Origin: Prosthecobacter debontii
Lineage (GTDB): Bacteria > Verrucomicrobiota > Verrucomicrobiia > Chthoniobacterales > Chthoniobacteraceae
Reading direction: 5' to 3'
Length of the DNA stretch: 64,000 nt
Assembly (NCBI GenBank): GCA_945861385.1
Contig: CAMAUI010000007.1
Coordinates: 8,073 to 72,072, forward strand
Shown: positions 1-9,499 of the stretch, one piece after another
How the letters are laid out: each line of letters opens with the position of its first letter
Position numbering within the stretch: position 1 is the stretch's first letter
Program-made: the position numbers and the translations under genes
The notes under the pieces: generated by a model
Databases searched by the model: none
Told to the model about the DNA's origin: nothing
The model's input: only the letters and a program-made list of their open reading frames with translations

Positions 1-611
1 CAATCGCCGAGATACTCGCGGAGTTTTTCGCGCAGCGTCGTGCGGGCGCGGAAAAGCACGCTCTTCACGGCGAGGACCGTGAGATCGAGAACCTCCGCGA
101 TCTCCTCGTAGCTCACGTCCTGGTAGCGGCGCAGGATCACCGCCATGCGCTGCGCCTCGGGCAGCTCCTGGATCGCCCGCTCGATTGCGTCCTGCATTTC
201 GTCGTCGAGCAGCGCCGCGTCGGGGGCTTTGGTGGAGGGATTCAAAAACTGCCGCGGGTGATTTTCGTCGTCCCGCTCCGCTTCGAGCGAGTCCGCCGGG
301 TGGCGTTTGCGGCGGCGGATTTCGTTGAACACGCAATTGCGGATGATCGTGTAAAGCCACGTCGTAAATTTCGCGGACGGCTCCCAGCGCGCCGCGCCTT
401 TCCACACGCGCACGAAGACCTCCTGGGCGATGTCTTCCGCATCCGCGTGATCCCCGAGCATCCGTATGGCCGTGCCGAGGACGCGGAGCTGATGGGCCTC
501 GACCAGCTCCCGGAATGCCTCCTCATCGCCCGCCCCGATGAGTTTCATGAGCCGCAGGTCGCGTTCCGGGTCGTCGCGGGAGCCGGCCTGGTTGCTCGTT
601 TGGTCGTTCAT
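1..611 (-). CDS. ECF-type RNA polymerase sigma-70 factor (C-terminal end runs off the window edge)
   Basis: The reverse frame is open from the ATG (complement of 609-611) to position 1, so it has no stop in the window and is absent from the ORF track. My translation is MNDQTSNQAGSRDDPERDLRLMKLIGAGDEEAFRELVEAHQLRV...; it ends ...SVLFRARTTLREKLREYLGD. This fits sigma-70 region 2 plus a region 4 helix-turn-helix. Confidence 0.85.
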   Translation of the reverse strand, partial: MNDQTSNQAGSRDDPERDLRLMKLIGAGDEEAFRELVEAHQLRVLGTAIRMLGDHADAEDIAQEVFVRVWKGAARWEPSAKFTTWLYTIIRNCVFNEIRRRKRHPADSLEAERDDENHPRQFLNPSTKAPDAALLDDEMQDAIERAIQELPEAQRMAVILRRYQDVSYEEIAEVLDLTVLAVKSVLFRARTTLREKLREYLGD

Positions 612-881
612 TGGTGCGTATTCCGCCGCGCGGGGCGCGGAACATGGGAAAGAACCCCGGGGGAGGCAATTTGTTTTGCTTTTCCAAGAGAGAGGGAGGC
701 CAGGCGGCTAGGTTCCCCAAACTTGCTATTATCCTTAAAAAAGCAGTTCGAAGGATGTAAACGCGATTAGCGCCACCATCCCGAGCTGCGCGCAACGCGA
801 TCCACGGACCGCGCCGCTCCCTCCCGCACTCAACTGCCGTTTTTAGGATGATGAGAATCGCCGAAAGGGGAGTGGGCGTTT

Positions 882-1013
882 CGGGTAGGGTGGGCATCCT
901 GCCCGCCGAGCGACGCATCTTGCGTCGCGGTCTTTCGGAACCGCCTTGGACGCCATGGCAGTTCGTTTGGGCGAGACGCCCAAACCGGCGGGCGAGACGC
1001 CCACCCTACCCGG
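882..1013. repeat. REP-like imperfect inverted repeat in an intergenic region
   Basis: cgggtagggtgggcatcctgcccgcc (882-907) faces ggcgggcgagacgcccaccctacccg (988-1013), reverse-complementary except for about 4 positions. gggcgagacgccca is directly repeated at 969-982 and 990-1003. The element lies between the sigma factor start and the protease stop. Confidence 0.6.
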
Positions 1014-1055
1014 GAGAAACACGAGTTCCCATTCACGATTCAGGAGGGTTTAGGA

Positions 1056-2006
1056 TTATTTTTGCGCCCGCCGCCTGCGGGCGAGCAGCCCGGCCCCGGC
1101 CAGCACGAGCAGCGCGGACGATGGCTCCGGGATGATGGAGATGATCTGGCTGCGATAGGTCGCCACATTGGCGGAGTAGGTTTCGTCGCCAAACACGGAG
1201 GTGCTGGCCGGCTGCCCGCTGAATATCCCAGTGCTGACCATGATGCCGCCGAGCACCCAGTTGCTTCCTACCTTCCAAAATACTCCGCCGCCTGAGTCCC
1301 CGCCGCCAGCCTGTGCTTCATCGGTGGAATCATTGAAGTTTGTTTTGAAGATGGTGGTTTTGCCAAAGGTGTTATTGAGCACATCCGTCGTCGAGCCGCC
1401 GCTGAACGCCGTGATGTTGTTCGTCCCCCAGCGCAACGACTGCGCCCCCGGCGTCCACTTGTATCCCTGCAAATCGCCAGGGCCTCCGGTTTCCACCCAC
1501 GTCCATGGATTCACCATTGTGTTCACATTCCAGTGTGTCTCGGCTGCGTTCCGGTCAGGGCCGTTGCCCATCATGGTGAGCGCACGCCCGTTCGTCGGGT
1601 TTGCGCTTGCGAGTGTGAGCGATGGCAGGCCTGCGGGTATGCTGGTGAGTTGAAAAAGCGCCAGGTCTGCCAGTGTGGTATCCGCATTTTGCAGGCGCAC
1701 CGCAGTCATCGCGTTCACGGTGTAGGATCCGCCATTGAGGAACACCGAGCCGAATTGAAAGCCCGTCGCCCCCGCATTGCGCACCCCGTGATACGCCGAC
1801 AACATCCAGCCATCCCCGAGGTACACGCCGCTGACGAAAAACCCGTCCTGCGTGTCAAAGACACGTCCCACATTTGCCCAGCCGAAATCATCCGTCGGCG
1901 CGGATAAATTCTGAGTGCCATCGCCACCGGCGACGACCACTGCGTATGATTGGGGCGAGGTGAGAAGCAGGGCGGCTGCGAGCGGGCGGAGTATTCGAGG
2001 CAACAT
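1056..2006 (-). CDS. secreted trypsin-like (S1 family) serine protease with C-terminal PEP-CTERM sorting signal
   Basis: 316-aa ORF with signal peptide MLPRILRPLAAALLLTSPQSYA. It has the His motif MLSAYHG and the Ser motif GGGDSGGGVF. The C-terminus IIPEPSSALLVLAGAGLLARRRR is PEP, then a TM helix, then an Arg cluster. Confidence 0.85.
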   Translation of the reverse strand: MLPRILRPLAAALLLTSPQSYAVVVAGGDGTQNLSAPTDDFGWANVGRVFDTQDGFFVSGVYLGDGWMLSAYHGVRNAGATGFQFGSVFLNGGSYTVNAMTAVRLQNADTTLADLALFQLTSIPAGLPSLTLASANPTNGRALTMMGNGPDRNAAETHWNVNTMVNPWTWVETGGPGDLQGYKWTPGAQSLRWGTNNITAFSGGSTTDVLNNTFGKTTIFKTNFNDSTDEAQAGGGDSGGGVFWKVGSNWVLGGIMVSTGIFSGQPASTSVFGDETYSANVATYRSQIISIIPEPSSALLVLAGAGLLARRRRAQK

Positions 2007-2289
2007 AGCGCGCGCACATTTTCACAAATCCACGGGGTGTCAACCGCAGCCTCGCGGCGAGGATGACGCCGGAGAGATTCAGTGGATGCAGCCAATGGCA
2101 GGCGCGTTCCAGCGACAACAGGGAGGCAGGTCCGGGCTCGCTTTTCCCAATCCCACGATCGCCGCTCCCACGCGGCAGCGATGGGCGCTTTCATCGAAGC
2201 ACACCGGCTCGCGGATAGCGCAAGGCAGCGATCTTTCCAGTGGCGTGTGGCGCAATCTCCTCCTTGGGATTTGCGGCGTGGTTGGCGCA

Positions 2290-3792
2290 TCAAGAATCGC
2301 TGGCAGCGGGCTGGCCTGCGCTGCGGAACCAGCCAGGTTTCGCGGGGGCGAGGTTGATGTTGATCTGTTTGGTTTCGAGATATTCGTCGAGGCCCCAGGT
2401 GCCGAGTTCGCGGCCCCAGCCGCTCTGTTTGTAGCCGCCCCATGGCGCTTCGTTGAACGTGGGATGGTAGCTGTTCAGCCATGTGATGCCCGCGCGCAGG
2501 GCGCGGAGGACGCGCAGACCCTTCGCACCGTCGCCGGTGAAGACGCCGCCGGCGAGGCCGTAGGGAGTGTCGTTGGCGATGCGGATGGCGTCGGCTTCGT
2601 CCTCGAAGAGTTGCACGCTGAGCACCGGGCCGAAGATTTCCTCGCGGATGATGCGCATCTCGGGCCTCGTGCTGGCGAAGATCGTGGGTGCCACGAAGTT
2701 GCCGCGGGCGAGCGCACCCTCCGTGAGGCGGTGGCCGCCGCAGAGAAGTTCCGCACCCTCGGCCTTGCCGGCTGCGATGTAGCCGAGCACGCGCTCCATG
2801 TGCTGCGGGGTGATGAGGGGGCCCATCTCGGTGAGTTCGTCGAGGCCGTCGCCGACTGCGATTTTCGCGGTGGCCTCGGCGAGGCGCGGGAGAAAACGGG
2901 AGGCGATTTTCTTTTCCACGAGCAGGCGCGACCCTGCGCTGCACACCTCGCCCTGGCCGGCGAACGCGGCGAACATGGCGAACTCCAGCGCGATGTCCTG
3001 GTCCGCGTCGGCGAAGACGATGCACGGGGATTTCCCGCCGAGTTCGAGCGTGATTTTTTTCAAATTGCCCGTGGCTGCCGCGATGATCGCGCGGCCGGTG
3101 ACGGTGCCTCCGGTGAATGCGATCTTGTCCACGAGCGGCGAGGCTGCGAGCGCGTGCCCCGCCTCCGGGCCGGGGCCGAGGAGCAACTGCGCCGCACCCG
3201 CGGGAAGGCCGGCCTCGGCGATGAGTTCGAAGAGGCGGACGGCGGTGAGCGGTGTGGCTTCGGCGGGTTTGAGGATGCAGCAGTTCCCGGCGGCGAGGCC
3301 GGGGGCGAGTTTCCACGCGGCCATGAGGAGCGGGTAATTCCACGGGATGATCTGGCCGCAGACGCCGATGGGCTCGCGGACGACCATCGTCTGCATGGCA
3401 GGGTCCGGGACTTCGAAGGTCTGGCCGAGCGGTTTGCTGGCGAGGCCGGCGTAGTAGCGGAAGCAGTTTGCCGCGTCCGCCACGTCGTAGCGCGCCTCGC
3501 GGAGTGGCTTGCCGTTGTTTCGCGTTTCAGTGGTCGCCAGCTCGGCGGCGTGGGTGTCAATCAAGTCGGCGATCTTGAGGAGGAAGGCGGCGCGTTCCTG
3601 CGCGCGCATCCGCGGCCACGGGCCGCTGTCGAATGCCGAGCGGGCAAAGGCGATGGCCTTTTCGGCGTCGCGGGCGGAGCCATCGGCGGCGGTGGCGATG
3701 CGTTCGTTGGTCGAGGGGTTGTGGATATCGCGGGTTCGCCCATCCGCGGCCCCGGTCCACGCGCCTCCGATGAACATGGGAGTCGTTTTCAT
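2290..3792 (-). CDS. NAD(P)-dependent aldehyde dehydrogenase (betaine-aldehyde dehydrogenase-like)
   Basis: 500-aa ORF with ALDH hallmarks: IIPWNYPLLMAAWKLAPGLAAGN, ITLELGGKSPCIVF, GEVCSAGSRLLV and EEIFGPVL. Confidence 0.93.
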   Translation of the reverse strand: MKTTPMFIGGAWTGAADGRTRDIHNPSTNERIATAADGSARDAEKAIAFARSAFDSGPWPRMRAQERAAFLLKIADLIDTHAAELATTETRNNGKPLREARYDVADAANCFRYYAGLASKPLGQTFEVPDPAMQTMVVREPIGVCGQIIPWNYPLLMAAWKLAPGLAAGNCCILKPAEATPLTAVRLFELIAEAGLPAGAAQLLLGPGPEAGHALAASPLVDKIAFTGGTVTGRAIIAAATGNLKKITLELGGKSPCIVFADADQDIALEFAMFAAFAGQGEVCSAGSRLLVEKKIASRFLPRLAEATAKIAVGDGLDELTEMGPLITPQHMERVLGYIAAGKAEGAELLCGGHRLTEGALARGNFVAPTIFASTRPEMRIIREEIFGPVLSVQLFEDEADAIRIANDTPYGLAGGVFTGDGAKGLRVLRALRAGITWLNSYHPTFNEAPWGGYKQSGWGRELGTWGLDEYLETKQININLAPAKPGWFRSAGQPAASDS

Positions 3793-3961
3793 GCCGGAAT
3801 GTCGGACGGGGGGAATTGCGCCGCAAGCGGGGAATTGCAGGCCCGGTGGCCGAATTCACGAAAACAGTGGTTGCTTGGAATTGAGGAATGTAGGAACCAT
3901 CGCCTTTCCCCGAAAGACGCAAAACAGACGTGCTCCGAATTTCGCCCATCATCATTTAACC

Positions 3962-5662
3962 GTGGCAGCCAACGACGATTACATCCTCCAGGTTCTTCAG
4001 GAAACCGCACACATCACCGAGGAGCAGGCCGCCAGCGCCCGCGCCGCCGCCACGCCGAAGAAGTCGGCAGTGGATGTGCTGATCGAGAGTCGTGTGCTCT
4101 CCCAGGAGGATCTGGGCAGGGCGATCGCTGCGAACGCGGCGATGGATTTCGTGCGGCTCGACGATCTCCAAGTCCCGCAAGATATCATCGCCCTCATCCC
4201 CGCCGACGCGGCGAGACGCTACCGGGTGGTGCCGATCGGCACGGATGAACTTGGCGGCGTGGTGGTGGCGGTGGACAACCCCCTGAACTTTGACACGCTG
4301 GACTCGGTGCAGGCGCTTGCACAGCGGCAGGTGGATTTCGTCTGCACCACGAAGGATGCCCTGACGACCGCGCTCATGAAGTATTACGGGACGGCGGAGG
4401 ATGCCGTGGCGAATCTCGAAAATCTCACGGGTGCGATCTCGATCGGCGACACGGATGTCGGTGCGATGCTGAGTGACGGGACGGGTGGGGATGCGCCGAT
4501 CATCAAGCTGGTCACCATGATGCTGATCGAGGCCTACAACATGCGGGCCTCGGATATTCACATCGAGCCTCTCGAGAAGCGGCTGCGCATCCGGTTCCGC
4601 GTGGATGGGGTGCTGCTGGAAATGCAGAATCCGCCGAAGAGGCTGCAGGCGGCGATCGTTTCACGCATCAAGATCATGACGGGCACGATGTCCATCGCGG
4701 AGAAGCGGCTTCCGCAGGACGGGCGCATCCAGGTGAAGCTCGGCCAGAAGCAGATCGATCTCCGTGTTTCGACGATCCCGACATCGTACGGCGAATCCGT
4801 GGTCATGCGTATCCTCGACAAGTCGAGTCTCTCGCTCGGCCTGCCGCAACTGGGCTTCCTGAGCGATGACCAGGCGACGTTCGAGCACCTGATCACACTG
4901 CCGGATGGCATCCTGCTCGTCACCGGGCCGACTGGCTCCGGAAAGACGACCACGCTTTACGCCTGCCTGAATTACATCAACAAGCCCGACAAGAAGCTCA
5001 TCACGGTGGAGGATCCCGTGGAGTACCAGATGGCTGGCATCAACCAGGTGCAGGTGAATGCGGAGGTGGGCATGAGCTTTCCCGCTGCGCTGCGCTCGAT
5101 GCTCCGGCAGGCGCCGAATGTCATCATGATCGGTGAGATCCGGGATCCGGAAACCGCAAACATCGCGATCAACGCCTCGCTCACCGGCCACCTTGTTTTT
5201 TCCACGCTCCACACCAACGACGCCCCGAGCGCCATCGCGCGTCTCGTGGACATCGGCGTGCAGCCGTTCCTCGTGAGTTCCGCCGTGCGCGCGATGATGG
5301 CGCAGCGGCTCGTCCGCAAAGTCTGCCAGAACTGCAAACACACGTATGACCTGCTCGACAGCGAAATCAGCGGCCTCGGGATTGACCGCTCACAGATCAG
5401 CGGTGGGTCGGTCGTGCATGGAAATGGCTGCGAGAAGTGCAAGCACACCGGCTACAAGGGAAGGGCGGGCATCTTCGAAATTTTTGTCGTGGATGACGAA
5501 GTCCGCCACATGATCAACAGCAAGGCGACGACCGTGGAACTCCGCAAGCGCGCCCGCGAGATGGGCATGCGGACGTTGCGTGAGGATGGAATTCGCAAGG
5601 TGCTCTCCGGCATGACGACGGCGGAGGAGGTCATCGCCGTGACGATGTCGGACGCCGATTGA
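3962..5662 (+). CDS. GspE/PilB-family type IV pilus / type II secretion assembly ATPase
   Basis: Frame of ORF 3509..5662. I prefer the in-frame GTG at 3962 ((M)AANDDYILQVLQ...) because upstream codons overlap the divergent ALDH gene. The N-terminal GSPII_E_N-like domain reads LSQEDLGRAIAANAAMDFVRLD. It has Walker A GPTGSGKTTT, Walker B/His box TLHTNDAPSAI and the tetracysteine motif CQNCK...CEKCKHTGYKGR. Confidence 0.9.
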   Translation: MAANDDYILQVLQETAHITEEQAASARAAATPKKSAVDVLIESRVLSQEDLGRAIAANAAMDFVRLDDLQVPQDIIALIPADAARRYRVVPIGTDELGGVVVAVDNPLNFDTLDSVQALAQRQVDFVCTTKDALTTALMKYYGTAEDAVANLENLTGAISIGDTDVGAMLSDGTGGDAPIIKLVTMMLIEAYNMRASDIHIEPLEKRLRIRFRVDGVLLEMQNPPKRLQAAIVSRIKIMTGTMSIAEKRLPQDGRIQVKLGQKQIDLRVSTIPTSYGESVVMRILDKSSLSLGLPQLGFLSDDQATFEHLITLPDGILLVTGPTGSGKTTTLYACLNYINKPDKKLITVEDPVEYQMAGINQVQVNAEVGMSFPAALRSMLRQAPNVIMIGEIRDPETANIAINASLTGHLVFSTLHTNDAPSAIARLVDIGVQPFLVSSAVRAMMAQRLVRKVCQNCKHTYDLLDSEISGLGIDRSQISGGSVVHGNGCEKCKHTGYKGRAGIFEIFVVDDEVRHMINSKATTVELRKRAREMGMRTLREDGIRKVLSGMTTAEEVIAVTMSDAD

Positions 5663-5672
5663 CGGAGGAACC

Positions 5673-6848
5673 ATGGCGATTTTTGGATTTGGAAAAAGCA
5701 CACCGGAGACAGTCATTGGCAGCGCGCCTGCACGGGTGAATGTGCCGGCTGTCACGGCGGGTGGTCGTGGCGCTTTTGCGCCGATGGAGGATTTGCTCCG
5801 CCTGGCGGTTGAATCCGGTGCGTCCGACCTGCATTTGAGCGTGGGCTCGCCGCCGGCGCTGAGAATCCACGGGACGCTCGTGCGGATGGAGACGCGGGCG
5901 CTTTTCGCCGAGGACACGGACAACATGGCGCGGGAGATCGCGACCGGGGAGCAGATCCACCGGCTGAACACCGAGGGCAGCGTGGACTTTGCGATTTCGC
6001 ACGCGGGGCGGAACCGTTTTCGGGTGAGCCTCTACCGGCAGAAACACACGACCGCGATGGCGCTGCGGCTGCTGCCGAAGCAGATGCTTTCCTTCGGCGA
6101 GATCGGGATGCCTGCGGCGGTGAACGAACTGATCCGGCTCCCGCGCGGCCTTGTGCTCGTGACCGGGCCGACCGGGTCGGGAAAGACCACCACGCTCGCG
6201 GCGATGCTGGGCACGATCAACCGGGACATCGGTTCGCACATCGTCACCATCGAGGATCCGATTGAATACGTTCACGAGCACCAGGCAGGCATGGTGAACC
6301 AGCGCGAGATCGGGACGGATGTGCCGGGGTTTGCCGAGGGATTGCGCCGCGCGCTGCGTCAGGATCCGGACGTGATCTTCGTCGGCGAAATGCGCGACCT
6401 GGAGACGATGGAAACGGCGATCCGCGCGGCGGAGACCGGGCATCTCGTGCTCTCGACGCTGCACACGACGGGCGCGGGGCGGACCGTGGACCGGATCGTG
6501 GATTCATTCCCTGCCGGCCAGCAGGAGCAGATCCGGGTGCAGATTTCCACGAACCTCAAGGCCGTGATTTCACAGTTGCTCGTCCCGCGCATTGACCGCC
6601 CCGGGCGTGTCGCCGTCTTCGAGGTGATGCTCAACACCCATGCGGTCGCGGCGCTCATCCGTGACAACAAGACATTCCGCATCGCCACGGAAATCCAGAC
6701 TGGCGGGAAGTACGGGATGATGACGATCGAGCAATCGCTCGTGGATCTTTACCTTGCCGGGATCATCGCGCGGACGGAGGTGTTTTCCAAGGCGCAGGAT
6801 CCCGAGCTTGCCGCGCAACTCCTCGCGGGACGAGAAGTGGGCCGCTGA
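5673..6848 (+). CDS. pilT: PilT-family twitching-motility (retraction) ATPase
   Basis: 391-aa ORF starting 10 bp after the previous stop. Motifs: ASDLHLSVGSPPALRIHG, Walker A GPTGSGKTTT, DPDVIFVGEMRDLET and AAETGHLVLSTLHT. The first ~37 residues are a non-canonical extension, and an alternative start at M38 (5784) is possible. Confidence 0.9.
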   Translation: MAIFGFGKSTPETVIGSAPARVNVPAVTAGGRGAFAPMEDLLRLAVESGASDLHLSVGSPPALRIHGTLVRMETRALFAEDTDNMAREIATGEQIHRLNTEGSVDFAISHAGRNRFRVSLYRQKHTTAMALRLLPKQMLSFGEIGMPAAVNELIRLPRGLVLVTGPTGSGKTTTLAAMLGTINRDIGSHIVTIEDPIEYVHEHQAGMVNQREIGTDVPGFAEGLRRALRQDPDVIFVGEMRDLETMETAIRAAETGHLVLSTLHTTGAGRTVDRIVDSFPAGQQEQIRVQISTNLKAVISQLLVPRIDRPGRVAVFEVMLNTHAVAALIRDNKTFRIATEIQTGGKYGMMTIEQSLVDLYLAGIIARTEVFSKAQDPELAAQLLAGREVGR

Positions 6849-6859
6849 TTTTTGACTCA

Positions 6860-8542
6860 ATGAACGCCAAACAAACTCTCCATCTCTTTATTGAAGCCGG
6901 CCTCGTGGACGAGGGCATCGCCGAGGATATCCTGCAGGAAGTCGCCGCGACGGGGAAGAGCCTGTGTGATGTCCTGGCTGACTACCAAATCACTGACGAA
7001 GCCGGATACTACACGGTGATCGCCGATGCGATCGGCGCCGACTATGTGAACCTGAAGGATTTCGCGGTGCCACCGGAGGTTATCCGGCTGATGCCGGCGA
7101 GCGTCGCCCAGATGCAGCGGGCATTTCCGCTCGGGTTCGACGATCATGTGCTGCAAGTCGCGCTCTGCGACCCGCTGAACCAGCAGACGATGGAGGATCT
7201 CCGGTTTGCGCTCGGCCTCGATGTCCAGGCGGTGGTCTCGCCGATCTACCAGATCGAGGATCTCATCAAGAAACATTACGGCTCGGACATCGCGAACCTC
7301 GATCTCGTCTTGCAGGAGCTTGGCGGCGGCATCCACTTCGGGCCGGAGGGCGAGATGGATGTGAGTGAACTGGAGAACGAGGCGAACTCCGCGCCGATCA
7401 TCCGCTACGTGGACCTGGTGCTCGCGCAGGCGATCCAGGACCGGGCGAGTGACATCCATTTCGAGCCGTTCGAGACCGATTTCAAAATCCGCTACCGGGT
7501 GGATGGCGCCCTTTACGAAATGGCGCCGCCGCCGAGGCACCTCGCGAATCCGGTGATTTCGCGCGTGAAGGTGATGAGCAACCTGAACATCGCCGAGCGC
7601 CGCATCCCGCAGGATGGGCGCATCCAGAAAATCATCGGAGGACGCCCGGTGGACCTGCGCGTGAGCACGCTGCCCACGCAGTTCGGCGAATCCGTCGTGC
7701 TCCGCGTGCTTGATCGCTCGACCGTGAAGCTGGAACTCGAGTCACTCGGGATGCCGACTTACATCTACAATTACCTGATCCACACGATCGAGAAGCCGAA
7801 TGGCATTTTCATCGTCACCGGGCCGACCGGCTCCGGCAAGACGACTACGCTCTACGCCTGCCTGAACAAGATCAACACGATAGATTCCAAGGTGCTCACG
7901 TGCGAGGATCCGGTGGAGTACGACATGGAGGGAATCATCCAGGTGCCGATCAACGACAACATCGGCCTGACTTTCGCGCGCGTGCTCCGCGCATTTCTCC
8001 GGCAGGATCCGGATCGGATCATGGTCGGCGAGACCCGTGACGTGGAGACGGCGCAAATCGCGATCCAGGCATCGCTGACGGGGCATCTGGTCTTCACGAC
8101 GCTCCACACGAATGACGCGCCGGGCGCGGTGACGCGGTTGATTGACATGGGCGTCGAGCCATTCCTCATCTCGGCCTCGCTCGAGGGGGTGCTGGGCCAG
8201 CGCCTGATCCGCAGGATCTGCACGCAGTGCAAGACGACGTATGAGCCAAGTGAAAGCGTGCTGGCGCAGCTCAATCTGACCGCGCAGGAGATCGGCGACA
8301 AAAACTTCCACTTCGGATCCGGTTGCGACTTTTGCAACAACACAGGTTACCGCGGGCGCAAGGGGATCTACGAGCTTCTGAACATCACCGATCCGCTGCG
8401 TGAACTGATCAACCAGCGCGCGCCCTCGGTGGTGCTGAAACAAAAGGCGATCGAGCTTGGCATGCTGTCGCTGCGCGAGGACGGAATGCGGACGATTTAC
8501 GACGGCGAGACCACCATCGAGGAAGTGCTCAAGTACACCTGA
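6860..8542 (+). CDS. second GspE/PilB-family assembly ATPase
   Basis: 560-aa ORF starting 11 bp after pilT. It has an N-terminal GSPII_E_N-like domain, Walker A GPTGSGKTTT, TLHTNDAPGAV and the tetracysteine motif CTQCK...CDFCNNTGYRGR. Confidence 0.9.
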   Translation: MNAKQTLHLFIEAGLVDEGIAEDILQEVAATGKSLCDVLADYQITDEAGYYTVIADAIGADYVNLKDFAVPPEVIRLMPASVAQMQRAFPLGFDDHVLQVALCDPLNQQTMEDLRFALGLDVQAVVSPIYQIEDLIKKHYGSDIANLDLVLQELGGGIHFGPEGEMDVSELENEANSAPIIRYVDLVLAQAIQDRASDIHFEPFETDFKIRYRVDGALYEMAPPPRHLANPVISRVKVMSNLNIAERRIPQDGRIQKIIGGRPVDLRVSTLPTQFGESVVLRVLDRSTVKLELESLGMPTYIYNYLIHTIEKPNGIFIVTGPTGSGKTTTLYACLNKINTIDSKVLTCEDPVEYDMEGIIQVPINDNIGLTFARVLRAFLRQDPDRIMVGETRDVETAQIAIQASLTGHLVFTTLHTNDAPGAVTRLIDMGVEPFLISASLEGVLGQRLIRRICTQCKTTYEPSESVLAQLNLTAQEIGDKNFHFGSGCDFCNNTGYRGRKGIYELLNITDPLRELINQRAPSVVLKQKAIELGMLSLREDGMRTIYDGETTIEEVLKYT

Positions 8543-8565
8543 CGTATTGGCGCAGCGGCTGTCGG

Positions 8566-8985
8566 TCAGCCAAAGCTGAGGTGCTTCACTTTCGCCAGGC
8601 GGCAGGCGTTCAACACATCAATGACCCGTTCGTGCCGGGTGTCGGCGGCCGGGCGGATGATCACGGGATCCTCCGGGGAGGACTCGACGCTGGCCTTGAG
8701 AAACCCCGCGAGCTGCGCCAGCTCCTTGTCCTTTTCGCCCGCTGATTTCGACTCGTTGTTCACGAACACGTTCCCGCGCCCGTCAATATCCACGATGATC
8801 GGAGTGCGAACCTGGCTCGCATCCGTCGCCGCCTGCCCGCTGGGGAGAAATATCTCGAGGTAACGCTCTTTGATGTTCTGCCCCGCGCACGCCATGAAAA
8901 AAAGCAGGAGGACGAACACCACGTCCACCATGGGTGCAATTTGAAATCCAAAATCTCCGTCTTCTCCGCCTCCGCCTCCTGCCAT
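8566..8985 (-). CDS. ExbD/TolR-family biopolymer transport protein
   Basis: 139 aa. FQIAPMVDVVFVLLLFFM is the typical N-terminal TM helix of ExbD, followed by a periplasmic domain. Confidence 0.88.
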   Translation of the reverse strand: MAGGGGGEDGDFGFQIAPMVDVVFVLLLFFMACAGQNIKERYLEIFLPSGQAATDASQVRTPIIVDIDGRGNVFVNNESKSAGEKDKELAQLAGFLKASVESSPEDPVIIRPAADTRHERVIDVLNACRLAKVKHLSFG

Positions 8986-9019
8986 AAGTGTGTTTTCTTT
9001 CTAGGTTTGGGTTGAGGTT

Positions 9020-9493
9020 TTACTTCTGCATCTCCTTGTCCACCGCGCTGAAGATGACGTTGGGGACGCCCGCCTTGCCGATCGTTTGCATGACGGACTT
9101 GATGTATTCGTATTTGACGCTCTTGTCCCCGCGGATGATGACGCGGAGGTTGGGATCGATTTTCTTTTTGGCATCAATCGTGGCGTGAAGCTGCGCGATT
9201 TCGATGTCGGTCTCGCCCAGGCGGATCGCTCCCTGGCTGGCGATCTCGTTCCAGATGACATTGACGATCAATTCGCTGCCTATTTCTTTCGAGTCAGGCT
9301 CCTTTGCATCCTTGGCGACTGGCAGCGTCACGTCCTTGCTGACTTGGAGCACCTGATCCGTGGCGATCGTCATGAAGAAGACCAGGAGCACGAGCAGAAT
9401 ATCAATCATCGGGGCGATCTGAAACTCCGGCTCGGCCTCGGGAAGCGCCCGAGTTTCCGCTTTAGCCTTCTGGGATTTGGTCTGGTGCGACAT
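9020..9493 (-). CDS. ExbD/TolR-family biopolymer transport protein
   Basis: 157 aa with the ExbD signature FQIAPMIDILLVLLVFFM. It is a paralog of the downstream gene. Confidence 0.88.
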   Translation of the reverse strand: MSHQTKSQKAKAETRALPEAEPEFQIAPMIDILLVLLVFFMTIATDQVLQVSKDVTLPVAKDAKEPDSKEIGSELIVNVIWNEIASQGAIRLGETDIEIAQLHATIDAKKKIDPNLRVIIRGDKSVKYEYIKSVMQTIGKAGVPNVIFSAVDKEMQK

Positions 9494-9499
9494 GGATGA

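Noticed and set aside
3509-3961. N-terminal 151 codons of ORF 3509..5662, which would make the first PilB-like protein 717 aa
   Set aside because: This stretch overlaps the divergent ALDH coding region and translates to low-complexity Ala/Ser/Arg sequence. The recognisable GSPII_E_N domain begins right after an in-frame GTG at 3962.
1715-4248. Very long ORFs 1715..3343 (-, 542 aa) and 1915..4248 (+, 777 aa) overlapping the aldehyde dehydrogenase gene
   Set aside because: Their translations are Arg/Pro/Gly/Ala-rich with no motifs. They are alternative-frame or antisense shadows of a clearly recognisable ALDH gene (2290..3792) in high-GC DNA.
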